Positions 1-13,483 of a stretch of DNA of 64,000 bases are shown here, one piece after another (the stretch's first letter is position 1; each line of letters starts with the position of its first letter). The stretch is from Eutreptiella sp. 'Long Island Sound 2002'. Taxonomy: Eukaryota; Protista; Euglenida. The notes under the pieces were generated by a model. It was not told the DNA's origin. It did not search any database and was given only the letters and a program-made list of their open reading frames with translations. The stretch lies in the NCBI GenBank assembly GCA_964036045.1, contig OZ038379.1, positions 19,220,001-19,284,000 on the forward strand, given 5' to 3'. A program made the translations under genes and the position numbers.

Positions 1-192
1 CATAGGCGCCTTTCATGAGAGCAAACAAGATGGCAGATCCTATGTACTATGTGCTGGCTGGCACACGGCAGCAGGACATGCCGCCAGCCCTCCGCCCCCC
101 CCCCCCCACACACACCGGCCTCGTTCCACACAGCAGCACCTGCCACGCAATACGCATTCACGCATTCAGGGAATGCGTGCAGGAAGTGATGT

Positions 193-360
193 CTACAAAG
201 CGCCGCGCTTGAAGTCGCAAGGGGGAGTCGGACTTGTCTTGGGCCTCACCACCTCAACAGGCTGCTGGGACCTGCCAGCGTCATGTTGAGCAATGGACGG
301 ATGACGGTTGGTGCGGCTTGCGGTGGTTGGCTTCTTGGTCACAGTCTTGCCCTTCGGTGC
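193..360 (-). CDS. Candidate terminal exon, possibly of the coiled-coil gene (APKGKTVTKK...KRGAL*)
   Basis: Acceptor-like tgtctgtgtacag| at 361, then an open frame to TAG at 193. Linkage to the upstream exons is unresolved. Confidence 0.3.
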   Translation of the reverse strand, partial: APKGKTVTKKPTTASRTNRHPSIAQHDAGRSQQPVEVVRPKTSPTPPCDFKRGAL

Positions 361-836
361 CTGTACACAGACACGGGATGCAAGACTCATAGCTGATCCA
401 GCAGCTGCGCCCAATCGGGGGATGGGGCATGGTACAGATGACACGTGCACACTCACAACGCAACGTGGCAGCACAACAGCACCAAGACCCAACACAACGC
501 CAAAAAGCACGAAACAACAGCATGACAACATAAGACATTCCGTTTGCATGGCACACTCCCCCCGGGGGGGGGGGGGGACTCCTCGGTTCTGGACGCCAAC
601 TACCCCCCAAGCTAACTGTTGGCTGGAGGCCCCTTTGGGGGGTGGGGGGGGGGGTTCTGGGAGGAGCGATGGGGGGGCGGTCTGGGGGGCTTTTGCCCTG
701 GGGGGGGGGATCCGGGAGGGTTGGGGGGGGGGGGTCCAGGTGGGGCAATTTGGAGGGTACATGCCCCCAAGGCCAAGCGTTGGTCCGTCACAGGCTCCCC
801 TTACCTCCCCTTGCCCTCCCTCTAACCATACCATCA

Positions 837-856
837 CCCTAAGCCTGACCCTAACC
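837..856 (+). repeat. Telomere-like hexamer variants (CCCTAAG CCTGAC CCTAAC)
   Basis: Direct reading; same CCTGACCCTAAC core as at ~19341 and ~55932. Confidence 0.5.
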
Positions 857-1056
857 TTTGCAGCGAACTGGGTCAGCCATGCCAGCCATGTTGATTAGGC
901 TGAACAAGATCCCCCAAATTTCGTTCAAGGCTACTTTTGCCACATCATTGCTCTCCATTTTGGACCCCAACAATAACACCATGGCCGGCCCATACCGACA
1001 CCAGGACGAGACCTAGAAACATGAGCGGCTCAACACTTCACCACAGCGGGGGAATG

Positions 1057-1812
1057 CGCGCCCGGCGCGCTACTTTTAGACTATGTTCCCCCCGAAGAGC
1101 CCCCAAGCACACCCCTTGGAAACGCCCTTAGAATTAGGTGACCCAAACTGCCCTAGCTCAAGAAAGTTGCAAATTGGGGTACACAGTACCACTCTTGCTC
1201 CTTTAAGGGCGATCTTGGTCAACACCTTAGCAAGTTGGGAGAATGGGGGGTTAGGATAGCACAACCGCATCGATCTCCAGTAGAAGTGATAGGCGTTACT
1301 GAGGTATCGCGAACAGTAGAGCTGCATCATAACATTGATCCCACAAGTGTGGGTGTCAATACATTCAGTACAATAATGCTCCTTACACTCATCACAAACT
1401 GCGACGGTGGAGCGTTCTGGCAACACAACACACACACACACACTTCTGCCTCATCCTCTGCCTCATCTTGCGTGCCACAACCGAGCAAACAGCTGCTCAA
1501 TGCGTGCCCTATACCACCCGTGCACGTCATTGTAACATTGTTGGCGGGCTGTCAAAGTGCCATTCTTTCTTCCAATGAATGGCACAATGACATGAATCCG
1601 GCCCTTATAAGCACCATCATGGCCCCCAACTTCGAAATCAAAGAAATCACCTCGGGTACGAGAAGGTCCATACCCATCCCAAATCAAAACATCTGTTGAT
1701 GTCCCGGGGGCCAAGGGGCAAATTCATATAATGTTGCCCAACATATCAACAGCAACAGTCCACCGGTAGGGCACGGGTCACAAAAGATGCCCGGCGCGCG
1801 CCCGGCGCGCTA
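1057..1812 (-). mobile_element. DIRS/tyrosine-recombinase-type retroelement relic: N6-adenine methyltransferase-like fragment preceded in frame by a B-box-like Cys/His cluster
   Basis: ORF 1076-1441 reads VAVCDECKEHYCTECIDTHTC...LYCSRYLSNAYHFYW...CYPNPPFSQLAKVLTKIALKGARVVLCTP. This matches the YxNPPF...VLxKI...GAxVxLxxP pattern of DIRS-associated Dam-like domains and is truncated after CTP. The segment is bounded by GCGCGCCCGGCGCGCTA at ~1057 and ~1796; a related motif recurs at ~30030. Confidence 0.55.
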
Positions 1813-3623
1813 ACGTTCCCCCAGCACCCCCCCCCCCCCCGCTGTGGGAAACAGATGCATGCGCACGACCCTGAAAGAGTTGGGTGTCAAGGGATGAGGA
1901 ATACACAGCAAATGCATAGAATAAACCTCTTCAGTGATATATCATGGGCGCCTTTCACTGTAGCAAACAGAGGGTACAAGAAGAGGACACACCGTTCACT
2001 ACTCCTGTGGACCTACAATCAAGTGCTGGTTGGTCGACTGCACCCCGACAGGCACATGCACAGGGGGCCTTGATTAAACAGCGTCAACCATCTGTGCCCC
2101 CCCCCCCCGCCCCTGGTGGAGTCCCTAGTCCACCCTCGGCTGTGAAGACAATACAATAGAAAGGGCCTCCAGCAGACCAGTCGCCACAGAAATCAGAACA
2201 GGCGCCCTGGTGACGCAGGTGCCACGATGCACAAAAACAGGACCCCGCCATGAGGCGTACCATAGCAGCCGTGTTGACCACTCCAACATGATATCGCATG
2301 GGGACTGTGGCAGCCGCCTGGAGATAAACACGATCCCCTAGGGTGAAAGCGAGACGTCCCACTGTGTGGTTGTCAACAAATGGACGGCCACGGGACGGAG
2401 TGACCAGACAAGACTGCAAGTTGCATCCAAGCAACACAGAACAACAGAAAAGCGCCCAAGCACAGCAGGGTATCTGAAAGGACGGACAGAAAAATGTTCT
2501 TGGTCCAGCGGGACATAGTTGCCCCGGAGCTCTGTAAAAGAGCACCAAGCGTCAAACACCAGGCGCCATCCAATGCATTGGGCTGTGCACGTGAAATGCC
2601 AGACGCCTGAGACACAAAAATGGACACTCCCATGCAGAGAACAGTCGAACCCATACATTTCCCATGCCAGACCAGCGGGGGGTCCTTATCCTAGCACGGA
2701 CACAGGACGCTCAGGCTCCAGAGTGACCCCAGCGTGGTGCAGACCGCATGCATTGTTGTGTGTGGTGTGGGGCCTTTGGCAGCCACTCACGGGACTGCTG
2801 TAGGGCCACCACGTCGTCATCAAGCAGGGTCCAGCGTAGGGTGCCATCTTGTGTCGCAGACATTTGTCCCGTGCGCTGGAGCAGAGACACCAGGTTCATG
2901 CACATCTGGACGCAGGGCAAATCTGCAGATTGGGCACTGAAAGGCCCGCCCATAGGAATTGCACCAGCGTGGCGCCAGGGGTCACGTGCAGCCTGAACAA
3001 CGCTGTCTCGTGTGAGGGCAAACTCCACCAGAGCAATTAGCTCTCCCATAGTAATGAAGTAAAAACTGGATTTTTTGGCCTGCCCTGCACGATCAAGGCG
3101 TTTGTTTTCCTGATGTACGCTCCAGCCCAACGTGGTAGCACGCCAGCGGCGACGCGCGAGGCCGCCTCGCGCATATGCTCAATAGCAGTGTGGGGGTGTG
3201 CGTGATTGAGCTGTTCTTGGCAATCCGCCTTTCCTATGCGGTGTACGGACCAATCGGACACATGACGGGACCCAATGCCCCATATCCTTTAAGCTGAGTA
3301 CCCCCCCGTATGGAGACGTGTGGCGTGCTGGTCAGAGAGAACAAGCACACGTCAGCACAAGAACCCTCCCCCCCCGTTATCCAAGCCCATCTACCTCGAG
3401 GGACCACCTCATTCGGGTGCCCAGTTTGAGCATCACGTTGAAAACATACTGTCAGACGCGTGCAGATCGCGCACATCATGCTGCTCGGCAGCATAGAAAT
3501 TCCCGACCGATGCCATCATGCCCATCCTCTACTACTGTCGACACCTCCAATCAGCACCGAGACCACAAACCTGCCACAGGACATCCGCCCGGCGCCGCGA
3601 CGGGCGACCGCTCTTGGGCTTAC

Positions 3624-4964
3624 CTCTGGGACTCGTGCTCCAAACCTCCGCCGACGGGTTGACAGCCGCCGCTTCCGAACTCCATCCCGCCTCCATCATG
3701 GCTTCTGCCGGGCCCACGACCGGCTCAGGGGCCGAGGTCAGAGTCAGCAGTGCATCATCGAGGACGTTGATGGGAGGGTCCTGTGCTCGTACCTGAAGTA
3801 TTGCAGGGACGAGGGTCTGCACGCCCTCCGCCCCGTGTGACCCCGAAGAGACTCCAGTCGGTCGAGAAGTCAGAGCGCATGTCGCCAGTCCCCATGGCCC
3901 CGGGTGCGAACCCTACCGCTCGTACTGCACTTGACCGGCGACCGAGAGTAAAGCCACGGCCTCCAAACTCTGGGAGCGACCCCAAGCGCGAGGGGGTCGA
4001 ACCCGAGGTCCCGCGTGGCAGTGATGCACCGCCCCGAGGGGCTGTGCTGTGGTTTGGGGTGTGAGGGCGGACTGGACGGGAGGAGGTCACAAATGATGGG
4101 TGGACAGCGGGGGGAAGGGTCTCGGAGACTCAGGGGGAAACGGGGGGGCGGGGCGGGGGTTCACCTCCGATCGGGCACTCAGCGGAGCCAAGTCGACGGT
4201 GACGTTGTGGATGGCGCACAAATCGCGGAGCTGCCCGTTCTCGATCTGGAGGCGGAGCGTCTGGGACTCGGCGGCCCTTAAAGCCCGCAGCATCCGCGAA
4301 TCCCGGGCGTAAATCTGCAGGTGCGGAGGCGGTGGGATCGAAGCAGAGACGCTGTGGAGAGGGGGGGGGCGGGGGGCTGGGATCTCTCTGATTTTGGTGG
4401 ACGAAATCAAAGATTGTCCAACGCCACAATGCGTGCGAAATTCCGTATTGCAGGCAGTGGTTCGGGGCCTCGCATGTCTCAAGGGTATTGTCGCGCTTTT
4501 GGCCGATGAAAATCTGTCAAGCAGCAGCCACCCCCGCCCCCAAAAGGCGCGTTCCCGAAGGTCCGCGGGTTCGGACCCTCCTCCGAAAGACCGGGCGACC
4601 GTGCCCAATCCCCACAGTGCCAAGCCGCTGTGACGTGCCCCCCAAAAAGCGCAATGCCTGGAAATGCAGCGCACCACCGCTGGACAACAGTTGATGATCC
4701 GCAACCTCCTGGGCCCTGTGTTACATTTTCCACATTTCCCATTTGTGGTGGTGAGCACCCGCCACCCTCCAAACTCCGTTGTCTTGGCAAAGACTCCGTG
4801 TGAATCCATGCCAGTGCTGGGGCGATGGAGACAATTTCTTCCTAAAAATTCAAATCAGTTCGTACACCCGAAACGGCACACTTCCTGAGAGACAGAGACA
4901 GAGAGAGCAAGAGAGAGAGAGCGAGAGCGAGAGCGAGAGAGAGAGAGAGAGAGAGAAGCACCCA

Positions 4965-5020
<56 letters not shown>

Positions 5021-8000
5021 CAGAGAGAAAGTCCCCCTCAGCCGCATTGTTACAACTATACCCTCAATCAGTGTATGTCTAACGCCTGTAGCCCAGCAGC
5101 CCGTCCCCAAGCATCCCATTTCTTCCGATACTCACCCCCCTACTCCTTAGCCGCACGCACCCCAGCCCCACAATTGGTCAGGCACCAGCTCACCTCCTTC
5201 CTACACTACCTCAGGCACAGACATCTCCACACACCTTACCCCCAGACATCTTATTCGCTACTTTTGGGGTTATTTTTCCAGAGGAACTCCAACATTAGAG
5301 CCCTCTCCCAAGAATTCCACCAAAAGAAGCTCGGCTTTGCATCAATGTTCCTGACTGTCGCCGGACAACTTGCAAGAAAAAAAATGGCGTCCTGTCAAGA
5401 TGCGTCAGGTGCTCCCGCACAGAGTAACGGTATAGAGTAATGGTAGAGGGAAAAAGGGATAGAGTGACGGTAACGGTATGGAGTAGTAGTGTGGAGTAAC
5501 GGTAAAGAGCAATATGGAGTAACGATATGGTGCAGAGTACCGGTATTGAGCAACGGTATGGAGTAACAGTATAGAGTAACGGTGTAGAGTAACGGTGTAG
5601 AGTAACGGTGTGGACGAACGGTGTAGAGGAACGGTATACAGCAACGGTGTAGAGAAACAGTGTAGAGGAACGGTGTATGGTAATTGTATGGAGTAACGGG
5701 AACAGTGACAGTAACAGTGTGGAGTAGTGGTATAGAAAAACGGTATCGACCCCAACGGTATAGCCTTGCTCACCCACCCCTTCCGCCAACCAGACCAAAA
5801 CACTGGCCACTCATTCACACGAGGTCCCTGAACTACCTCAAGAAGACCGTTAGATACCCCCCTGGGGTTGCATGCGAGGGGTGGTGGCGTGCACAGGGTG
5901 AGTTGGGGATGGGTTGGGGGTGGGTAAAGGGGTAGTGCGGGTGGGATGTCTGGGGTTGCACCTGAAGTCTGGCGACGAGCTCGTGCAGCTTCGCATTCTC
6001 CTCAATCAAATGCTGATGCTGCAAAGGGAGAGAGGTGGGCCTGTCGCAGTGGTGGAGAAGGGGGGGAATCCTGTTCCCAGTGGGGCTGATTCAAGGCTGG
6101 GGTCAGCTCCTGGCCCCTGCCCCCAAGGTGGATACGGCTTCCCAGGAGGGCCCCGAGGGTACGTTTGCCCGGCACTTGCCCGGCGCGCCCGGCACCCAAA
6201 TCAATGTCCCGGCCATCCACCCCCATGCTTTACGCCCAAACATTACTCCCTCCTCGAGCCTAGGAATCCTAAGCACAAATGCCACAAGGTTGCGTAGACC
6301 GTGTGTAATGCACGGTACTGTGCGCTGGATACATGTTTTGGTGTCTAAAATGGGAACAAACAGACAGAAGCCCCATAGCGAGCCCCCCAAGGGCGTGTCA
6401 CCGTCATCCCAAGATTGGGGCGGGAGAACTGGGGGGGGGGGGACAGGGGGAAACTTTGCCCAGCGCGCTCGCGTTCCCTCCCCACCCCCACAGCCACCAC
6501 GGAGGACACCGACCGTGGCTGTGCTTCTCTGGACTCGGTGTGGGGTGTTGCGTCGCAGACTAAGTCAATCTAGTGAGGTGCCGTGGCATAGCAGGGGGGC
6601 AGGGGCATTTTTTCCGCCGCTCAGGGGACACAGGGCCGGAGGTTGGGGCGGGAGCGAGCATGCTGGGACCTGCATCGTGTGTCCCAAGTGCTGGGCCAGG
6701 GCTCCCGGATGTGTTCTAGAGACCATACTGTGAGCCTGAGGGCCACAGCGCAGGAAGGGCACGTGAGGGCAAACACTGGGGGTGGTGCGATCTTTCTGTT
6801 CGCGACCTGGGGCCACGGTGCGTGCGAGGACCAGAGGCCTGAAACTCGATCGCGGCCGGAGGCCCACAGGACAAGATTCGGCCTTCACGCAGTTTGCGAG
6901 GAAGACGCCGGAATTTGGTTCGGCCTAGAACAGAGGTCGAACACCCGGACGACCTCCGGGCACCTGCAAACAAGACACAACCGGATCCTGCGGAGCACCG
7001 CAGCTCACGGGAGGGGCTCGCCCCCGCCCCAACAAATCCGGCCGCAGCCCGAGCGGCAGCGCTTGAAAATACTCTTTTCGGGTCGGTGCTCCGGTACCAC
7101 TGATACTTGGTGCAGTCCCTGCCCTCACGAGGGTTACACAGGGTCCGTCCCCATTCCCCCCCGCCGCCTTTCTCCCCCGCGTTCCCTCCCTTTCGGTCCC
7201 GAGTTCCCGCATCTCCTTCCCTCCCTCCAGATCGCCCCTCTGTCTACTCCGCACTGTTTTTTGGGGGGGGGCTGATAAGCTGACCCCACTGCATCCTCTG
7301 CCGACAGTCGCCGCGAGGCCTGCGCTGTCATGGAGCACGACATGCACACCGAGCCTCCTCCAAAGCTCTGGACAGCAATCTTCTTGGACTCGGCGGCCAT
7401 CTGAGAAATGTGCTGCTGCTGCTTGGCTGACTGTTCCACCAGCGCGGCATTCTCACTCTGGAGCTGCGCCACCATGTCACGAAGCTGGTGGAGACAGGGG
7501 CAAATCGATGGTGATCAGGATCATGGGCATAACCCCATCACTCAGGAAAATACAACTCGCAACAACAAATGGCACAATGCTTTCCTTGAAATGGAACTTC
7601 CAAAATCCGACCGCCCAACAGATAAAGGAGGGGTGGGGGGTTGGGTGGGGGGGGCTGGCGTCCACAGACCGGGCCCGACCGCCGCCCCCGTTGCCGTTTG
7701 GAATGTTCTATTGTCCTCAGTATTCTGGGATCAGCATGGGGCCGCGAACTGCCGACCGTTCACCACCAACCGCCGCGGACCTGGCGTCGGTGAAACACCA
7801 GCTGCACCCAAGTAACTGCCAAACACCGTCCACGTGTCCAATGACAGGCGGCTTTTGGTTTTGCCCATAGAACGCCCTGCACCCTGCCACAGGCGGCTCC
7901 TCACACACCTCACGTATGCTGTCTGAACCCTCTGGAGGGGTCGCAGGCCGCACCTCCTGCGGCGCAGCCTCTCGCGGCGCAGCCTCCACCGGCCTAGCCT

Positions 8001-9016
8001 TCCGTTGCCTTTCTCTGCAGAGCTCATTCTGCACTCCTGCGAGCTCGTCCTGCAGGCTCACAATCTGCTGCCGCAGTTCCGCTGCAAAAGCACAAAAGAG
8101 CCCGTCAGGACCCCGTGCCGGGTTGCCGAAGTTGACACATCCGTGGCACTGCACTACACTGCACTGCACTGTACTGCGCTACACTGCACTGCACTGTACT
8201 GCACTACACCACACCACACCACACCACACCACACCACACCACACCACACCACACCACACCACACCACACCACACCACACCACACCACACTTACTTCATAC
8301 AGCACCAAATGACAGCAGAGAGTGGGTGGTGAGTGACAGAGAGTAAGTGAAAACAGAAAAAGTGGGCACACAGTTTGTCGTTACGGGAGCGTATCATGTT
8401 CAGATTAAGGCTGTCGAAGGAGCGAGGCGCGCAGGACAACGGTAAAAGACCCATGCCATGCAACGTGCGAAGGTGGGACGTGGTGCGGTAAGAGTTGGGT
8501 TCTACATATCTGGCGCAGGTGTCCTTAACCACTCACACGCGCCGGTGCCTTCACGCTGGCCCCTCACGTCTCGGCAAACCGCAGCACGGGAAGCGGGGGA
8601 ATGCACCTACTTCCAACCGCGTCTGCTCCAGCTGCTGCACAGCGTCTCCCTCCATGCACACCAATGAGATGGCAGTCTTCTTGTCGGCACCTGCACGGGG
8701 CGAGCGCGTGCAACAGAGCAAAGCAGCGACGGTGCAGGCCCCGCGGATACCGCGGGCCCCGCGGATACGTTCTGCAGCCCCTCGCGCAGGTACCGCGCAG
8801 CGCATGCGTCGTATGCCACACGCTGCAAAGGTTACGCAGTGCGACACACCGGAGGCGCCGCGGTGCAGTGATGGGGCGGTCCATGACGGCCGGACAAGGG
8901 GAGACGGGACTTGCCGCGCGTTCGGCATCGAAATCCCGCGCCGCAGGAACCCCGGCTCTCGACGGGGGGCCAGAGACGCAGCGCCTGGAAGGGTAGCATC
9001 AGTTGAAGCGGGTAGG
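3624..9016 (-). CDS. Multi-exon coiled-coil protein of unknown function (partial model)
   Basis: GT-AG exons that chain in frame: 8850-9016, 8607-8690, 7954-8081, 7290-7484, 5962-6018, 4165-4314, 3624-3792. They give ...QLEQTRLEVAELRQQIVSLQDELAGVQNEL...LRDMVAQLQSENAALVEQ...HLIEENAKLHELVARLQIYARDSRMLRALRAAESQTLRLQIENGQLRDLC... with heptad-like periodicity. 5' and 3' ends are unresolved, and alternative exons at ~6800-7118 cannot be excluded. Confidence 0.6.
4888..5030. repeat. (GA)n/(CA)n compound microsatellite
   Basis: Direct reading. Confidence 0.95.
5426..5762. repeat. Degenerate ~13-bp minisatellite (TAGAGTAACGGTG)
   Basis: Perfect adjacent units at ~5572-5610 with decayed copies on both sides; lies in an intron of the coiled-coil gene. 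Confidence 0.85.
8148..8288. repeat. Pentamer array switching from (CACTR)n to (CACAC/ACACC)n
   Basis: Direct reading; a decayed CACTG-rich tract also occurs at ~10160-10445. Confidence 0.9.
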
Positions 9017-9456
9017 CTGCACCGAGGGTTGTCAACAGAGATATATTTGAGGAGAGAAGGGGGGGTTTGGTTTGGTTTGGTTCGCCCTACGGTATGGGAG
9101 GCCACTACAGGGCCGCCTCCTCACGCTCCTCGTGTTCAGGGCCCGGGGTCGCTAGACCGGAGGCCGCGGCGCGCAGTCTCCCCAGTCCTCAGGAGGGGGG
9201 TGCAGGAGGGGTTTTCGCAGGGTGGGGGGGGGGGGTGAGGGGGTCTGGGAAGGGTCCCCCTCCTCCTGTAGTCTCTGGCCTAAAAGGCCAGGGGAGGTTT
9301 CCTCAATAAATGCCGAGGAAATTTTGCGGCTGAATGCCGAAGAAAATTTTTCTCCTGAAAATTGCACTGAAATCCTCTGGGCTGGATCATGCAGTGGAAG
9401 AGGAGGAGGGAAGGGGTGTGGGGGGGCACCGTCCTCCGCTGGTTGTCAGTCTAATA

Positions 9457-9945
9457 CCCTCCCCCCCCCTTGTCCTTCCCCACCCCAGGGAAGACGGTCC
9501 CCCGCCACCCCCTGGGGGACGGTCACCAAGTGACGCCCCCCCGCCCCCCCCGGGGGGGGGGGGGACTGTGGTACCGCCGTACACGCACACTGTGGGGCAC
9601 AGAAATTACGGCAGAAGACGAAATAATACAGCATAAAAAACGTTGGTGTGCAGAGCTCGTTACAGTGACAAATGAAAGCAAGTAATGCAACAATATGAAA
9701 ATCATGCGAGCGCTCAATGGGCTGCCAATGTAATGAAATTTAATCCTTGACTTGCTAGGTGTAGAATTTCTTCGTCCTGCTCCATTTGACCTTGAATTCT
9801 TGAACATGCTCACCACTTTCCACAGGAATGCTTTGGACAGCACCCTTGGGCGGTGGCTTGGCCCTTTTGGAGTTCACCAAGTGACGGTCCCCTACCCCCC
9901 CCTGGGGAAGGACAAGGGGCGGGGAAGGACAAGGGGGGGGGAGGG
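9457..9945. mobile_element. MITE / non-autonomous DNA transposon with G/C-tract TIRs and TA target duplication
   Basis: TA|CCCTCCCCCCCCCTTGTCCTTCCCC ... GGGGAAGGACAAGGGGGGGGGAGGG|TA, with subterminal CACCAAGTGACGGTCCCC motifs and an internal minus-strand remnant EHVQEFKVKWSRTKKFYT. Confidence 0.7.
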
Positions 9946-10729
9946 TACATCCCTCGTCGTTAGTATCAATGACACGCTGAGCCTTGCGGGAGCAACACCA
10001 AAGAGACCCTAAATTGCGAAGAAAAACCGACGGTACTGGGATTTGGTGGACTCCATGGCACGATGCCAGGGACCTTGAAATTGCACCATCGGGGCAGTGC
10101 CACAGTCCGCTACACTTCCAGACCCCACCGCACCTTCTCAAGACGGGGCATTAGGTACGAGGGTGTGGGAAGCGTGCTGGCGCAATGGACATTGCACTCC
10201 AGAACTGCCCACACTACACACCGCACAGTCTGCACGTTGCAGCGCGCGCTTCGACCATGTTTGCTGCGCACTCGACAAATGTCACACGGCACTCGGCACT
10301 CCGCACATTGTGCTATACCCTCTGAACACTGTGCACTCTGCACATTGCAGACCGTGCATGCTTGACTGCGCATCATTTCCATTGCACACCACTCACCCTG
10401 CACATCGGACTGTCCACTCTGCACAAGGCGAATTGTGCACGTGCACACGCGAGGTAATTGGGGGGTTTGGGGTGGATCAATGGCGTCACCACTGGAGTCC
10501 TGTGGTGTCACGCACCCTGGGGCCTTTGGACAACGATCATTTTTGACCGCCTGTGCAACACCGACCGGGGCTGTCTTTAAGGCGTTTTGGGGCTTTGCAG
10601 GGCCAAACAGCAGTGATCGCAGCATCACAACACATTTGCATCGCCCCCAGTGGTCGGCAGTCACGTTTCCCTAAGACCACCACTCCCAGGACCCCCCCCC
10701 CCCCACTAGGAAGTGCAAACGGGCTGCTT

Positions 10730-11169
10730 CAGGGTGTGCACAGGCTACTTCTCAGGCGCAGAGGCAACGCACGGCGTTCAGGACTCTGTAGCTTTTGGGC
10801 GTCCTTTGCCCCAGAAAGGCTGCTTTGAGCCCCAAAACCGGCCAGACGTGCCGCAGCCCGTTGTTGAGCCTGGAAGCACACTGTGACGGTGGGGGGGGGG
10901 GGGAGGTGGTGTGTGGTTTTAGGTAGTACAGTCCCGATGCCGAGTGTAGCGTCGGCAAGTCCGTAGCCTGGACAAAGGCAAGAGGTACAAAACCACCCGT
11001 GCGGGATGCACCGCGCGAATCGCAACCATGTTCCTCCTCGTGGAAGTGATGCGACGTGGATGCGACGTGGATGGGGATCGGGCACAAAGACAGGAAAGGG
11101 ATCAGGACTAGGCTCGAGGCGAGGCAGAGGAGATTGAGACACACCTGCATCGCCCCGGCTGCTACTCAT
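10730..11169 (-). CDS. Candidate upstream exon(s), possibly the 5' end of the coiled-coil gene
   Basis: ATG AGT AGC...GCA G|GTGTGT donor, and a ttccag| acceptor followed by AQQRAAARLAGFG.... Phase linkage to downstream exons was not established. Confidence 0.2.
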
Positions 11170-13483
11170 GTCCCGACCGATGTGTGCGCGCTATGTTTCC
11201 ATAGGTGAACAATGAATAATCGCCCCTGAGCGGGTGCCAGAATGTGTACTGCAAACTGCAAGACAATGCAGAGCGGGACGTGCCTTTGATGGCTTTATGT
11301 TCGTTAAGTGGGTATTCATTGGTGAGGTGCACAATCATCTGATTTCCTAGGTCTCTACTGGTATGTCTTACTGTTGGTGGGCCACTCCTGGGGTGTATGA
11401 CTGCCTTACCTTGTTGAGCTCAGAAATACCTTAGAGTTTGGACTATGTACAGTTGAGCCAATGGGGGAATCCTTGCACGGCGCGCACTGTGGACACACCA
11501 TATGCCTGTTTTAGACTGTAGACCTCTGGAAAAGCCCCCAGACCAACCCCTTCCAAACACCCTCAAAACCAGGCCACCCCAACAACCCTAGCTCCACACA
11601 GCTGTTCCCTGCATTCCATAACCATAAGACAACATGCAAAACAGAAGACAACAGCTATTGCTTCAAACAACCAGTACAACCCCCGGTTGTGTCGTCCCCC
11701 TCCCGTTGTGGAAGCATGCAGAAAGTCAGGAAAACGACGGTCAGACATGGTCCTTGTTCTTCGACAAGCCTGTGCTTGCGTGCAATGCGCGGTACCAAAA
11801 GAATGTATGTGGTGAACACTAGCCCATACCTTACCCTAACCACCATTGCCGCAATGGGGCACCAGAACACAATGTGCAGGCTAATTTCAGCATGTCCTGG
11901 ACGTCCTCACTGCCCATCAGGGGCATCAGAAATTGTGGAATAGAAGGACCAATAATTGTGGCTGGCACTCTTCACTGGTGGACCGAATGTGCGTCATTCG
12001 TGCCAGCGATAGCAACATTAACCATAGCTGAAAATCACATCAACAACAAACAGCATTGGGTTGCAGTTGCAAGCAGAATGTTGGTATGAGCAGGAGGAAC
12101 TACCACAAGCATGATCCAGCCCCCCTTTCCCTCGACAATCGGAGTACAACAGCGTCAATTTACATGTCTGACCACAAAAACTGCCGCCAGGAAAAACGGG
12201 GGAAACGGCGGTCAGATGGGGTCCCGTGCTTGGACAAGGCAGTGCTTGCGGGGCATTAAACCGCATCAGTTCAATTGTCTTTCCAACATGCTATGTACAC
12301 TCGGGATGAAATACAACGAATCCATCCGTCACTATCTAGCCACTGAAGTACAAAGACAACAACCTGCGAGTTGGTGGCTGCTTTATGTATACAAGTACTC
12401 ATAAGTACTCAAAAGCGGCACTCCTTCGGCCATCCCCTAAAAGGTGTGACAACACCTACTTGTCTCATATCCTACAAAATGTGAAGAGGCAGTGCCTCTG
12501 AGTAGACTTGTGAAAAGGGGAACACCGGACCAAAACGGTCGAAGTTCAATTTCCTGAATGAGCTACTCATCAGATTCAATAGGGGGATACAACTCTGTAG
12601 AGGACCCCCTTTGTCACTGGTTGAATAGCCTATCCTCTTCAGATATTTCTCACGAACAAGACATTTTGTCGAATTTTCTGTGTTGTCCGAAGCGCCCACT
12701 TGCGAAATGGCGAAATCACCCACAAAACAATCACCACCAGAACATAAGCAGCAGGGCACCAACAGCATCAAAGATGAAACATGAAAGCGGGAGACTGCTG
12801 TACAAAGAAGTACGAAGAACGGCCCATTGTCACAAAGTGATAGGCCTGGCAGAAGAAGATCGTCGGATTGTGGGGTCAATGTGACAGAATTTCGGGTGAA
12901 TAGCAATGCACTGACCACTTTAAGGAGAATGTGTTGGGATCTTCCGGAGCCCCCGCACCCCTCCCGAACGGGACCTGCGCTTTTCGAGAAGCCGTGCGCC
13001 CCGCCTTCTGGCGAAACCTCTGACAAATGCATACAATGTCTTTTATTGCACATGTGCGCCCTCAATGATGAGCAAATATTTTGGCGCCAGGGACCCCCTC
13101 CCCCCTCCCCCCCCTGCGCCGCAACTGCGAGCAGTGGGATGGGCATGCTAATCTCCACCGTCGCCCCAGACGGCATGTGTCGACGTACCCAGGCCGGCGA
13201 CGGCAGGGTCACGTGGGCGGGGGCGACGCAGCCCCAACTCACTTCGCCTACCCGGTACCAGACCAAAGACACCTCAAACCTCAAACCTTAAGCAAGCACG
13301 AGACACAAGAATAAAATGCATCAGAAACCTCTCTAAAATGCACAGCGCCCCCCCCCCCCCCAGAAAATCCCCTGGAAAAGACCGCAGGAAGCCACAAGAA
13401 GCCCGCAGACAAAGACCCTTCTGGGGTCAGGGAGGTTTGGGCCAAGCAAGGGAGGGTCTGGGAATGACACACACTGCCCCCCA

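Noticed and set aside
12472-13291. 270-aa and 154-aa ORFs beside the SAM gene
   Set aside because: No recognisable domain; the plus frame is broken by stops. Possibly a relic, but unsupported.
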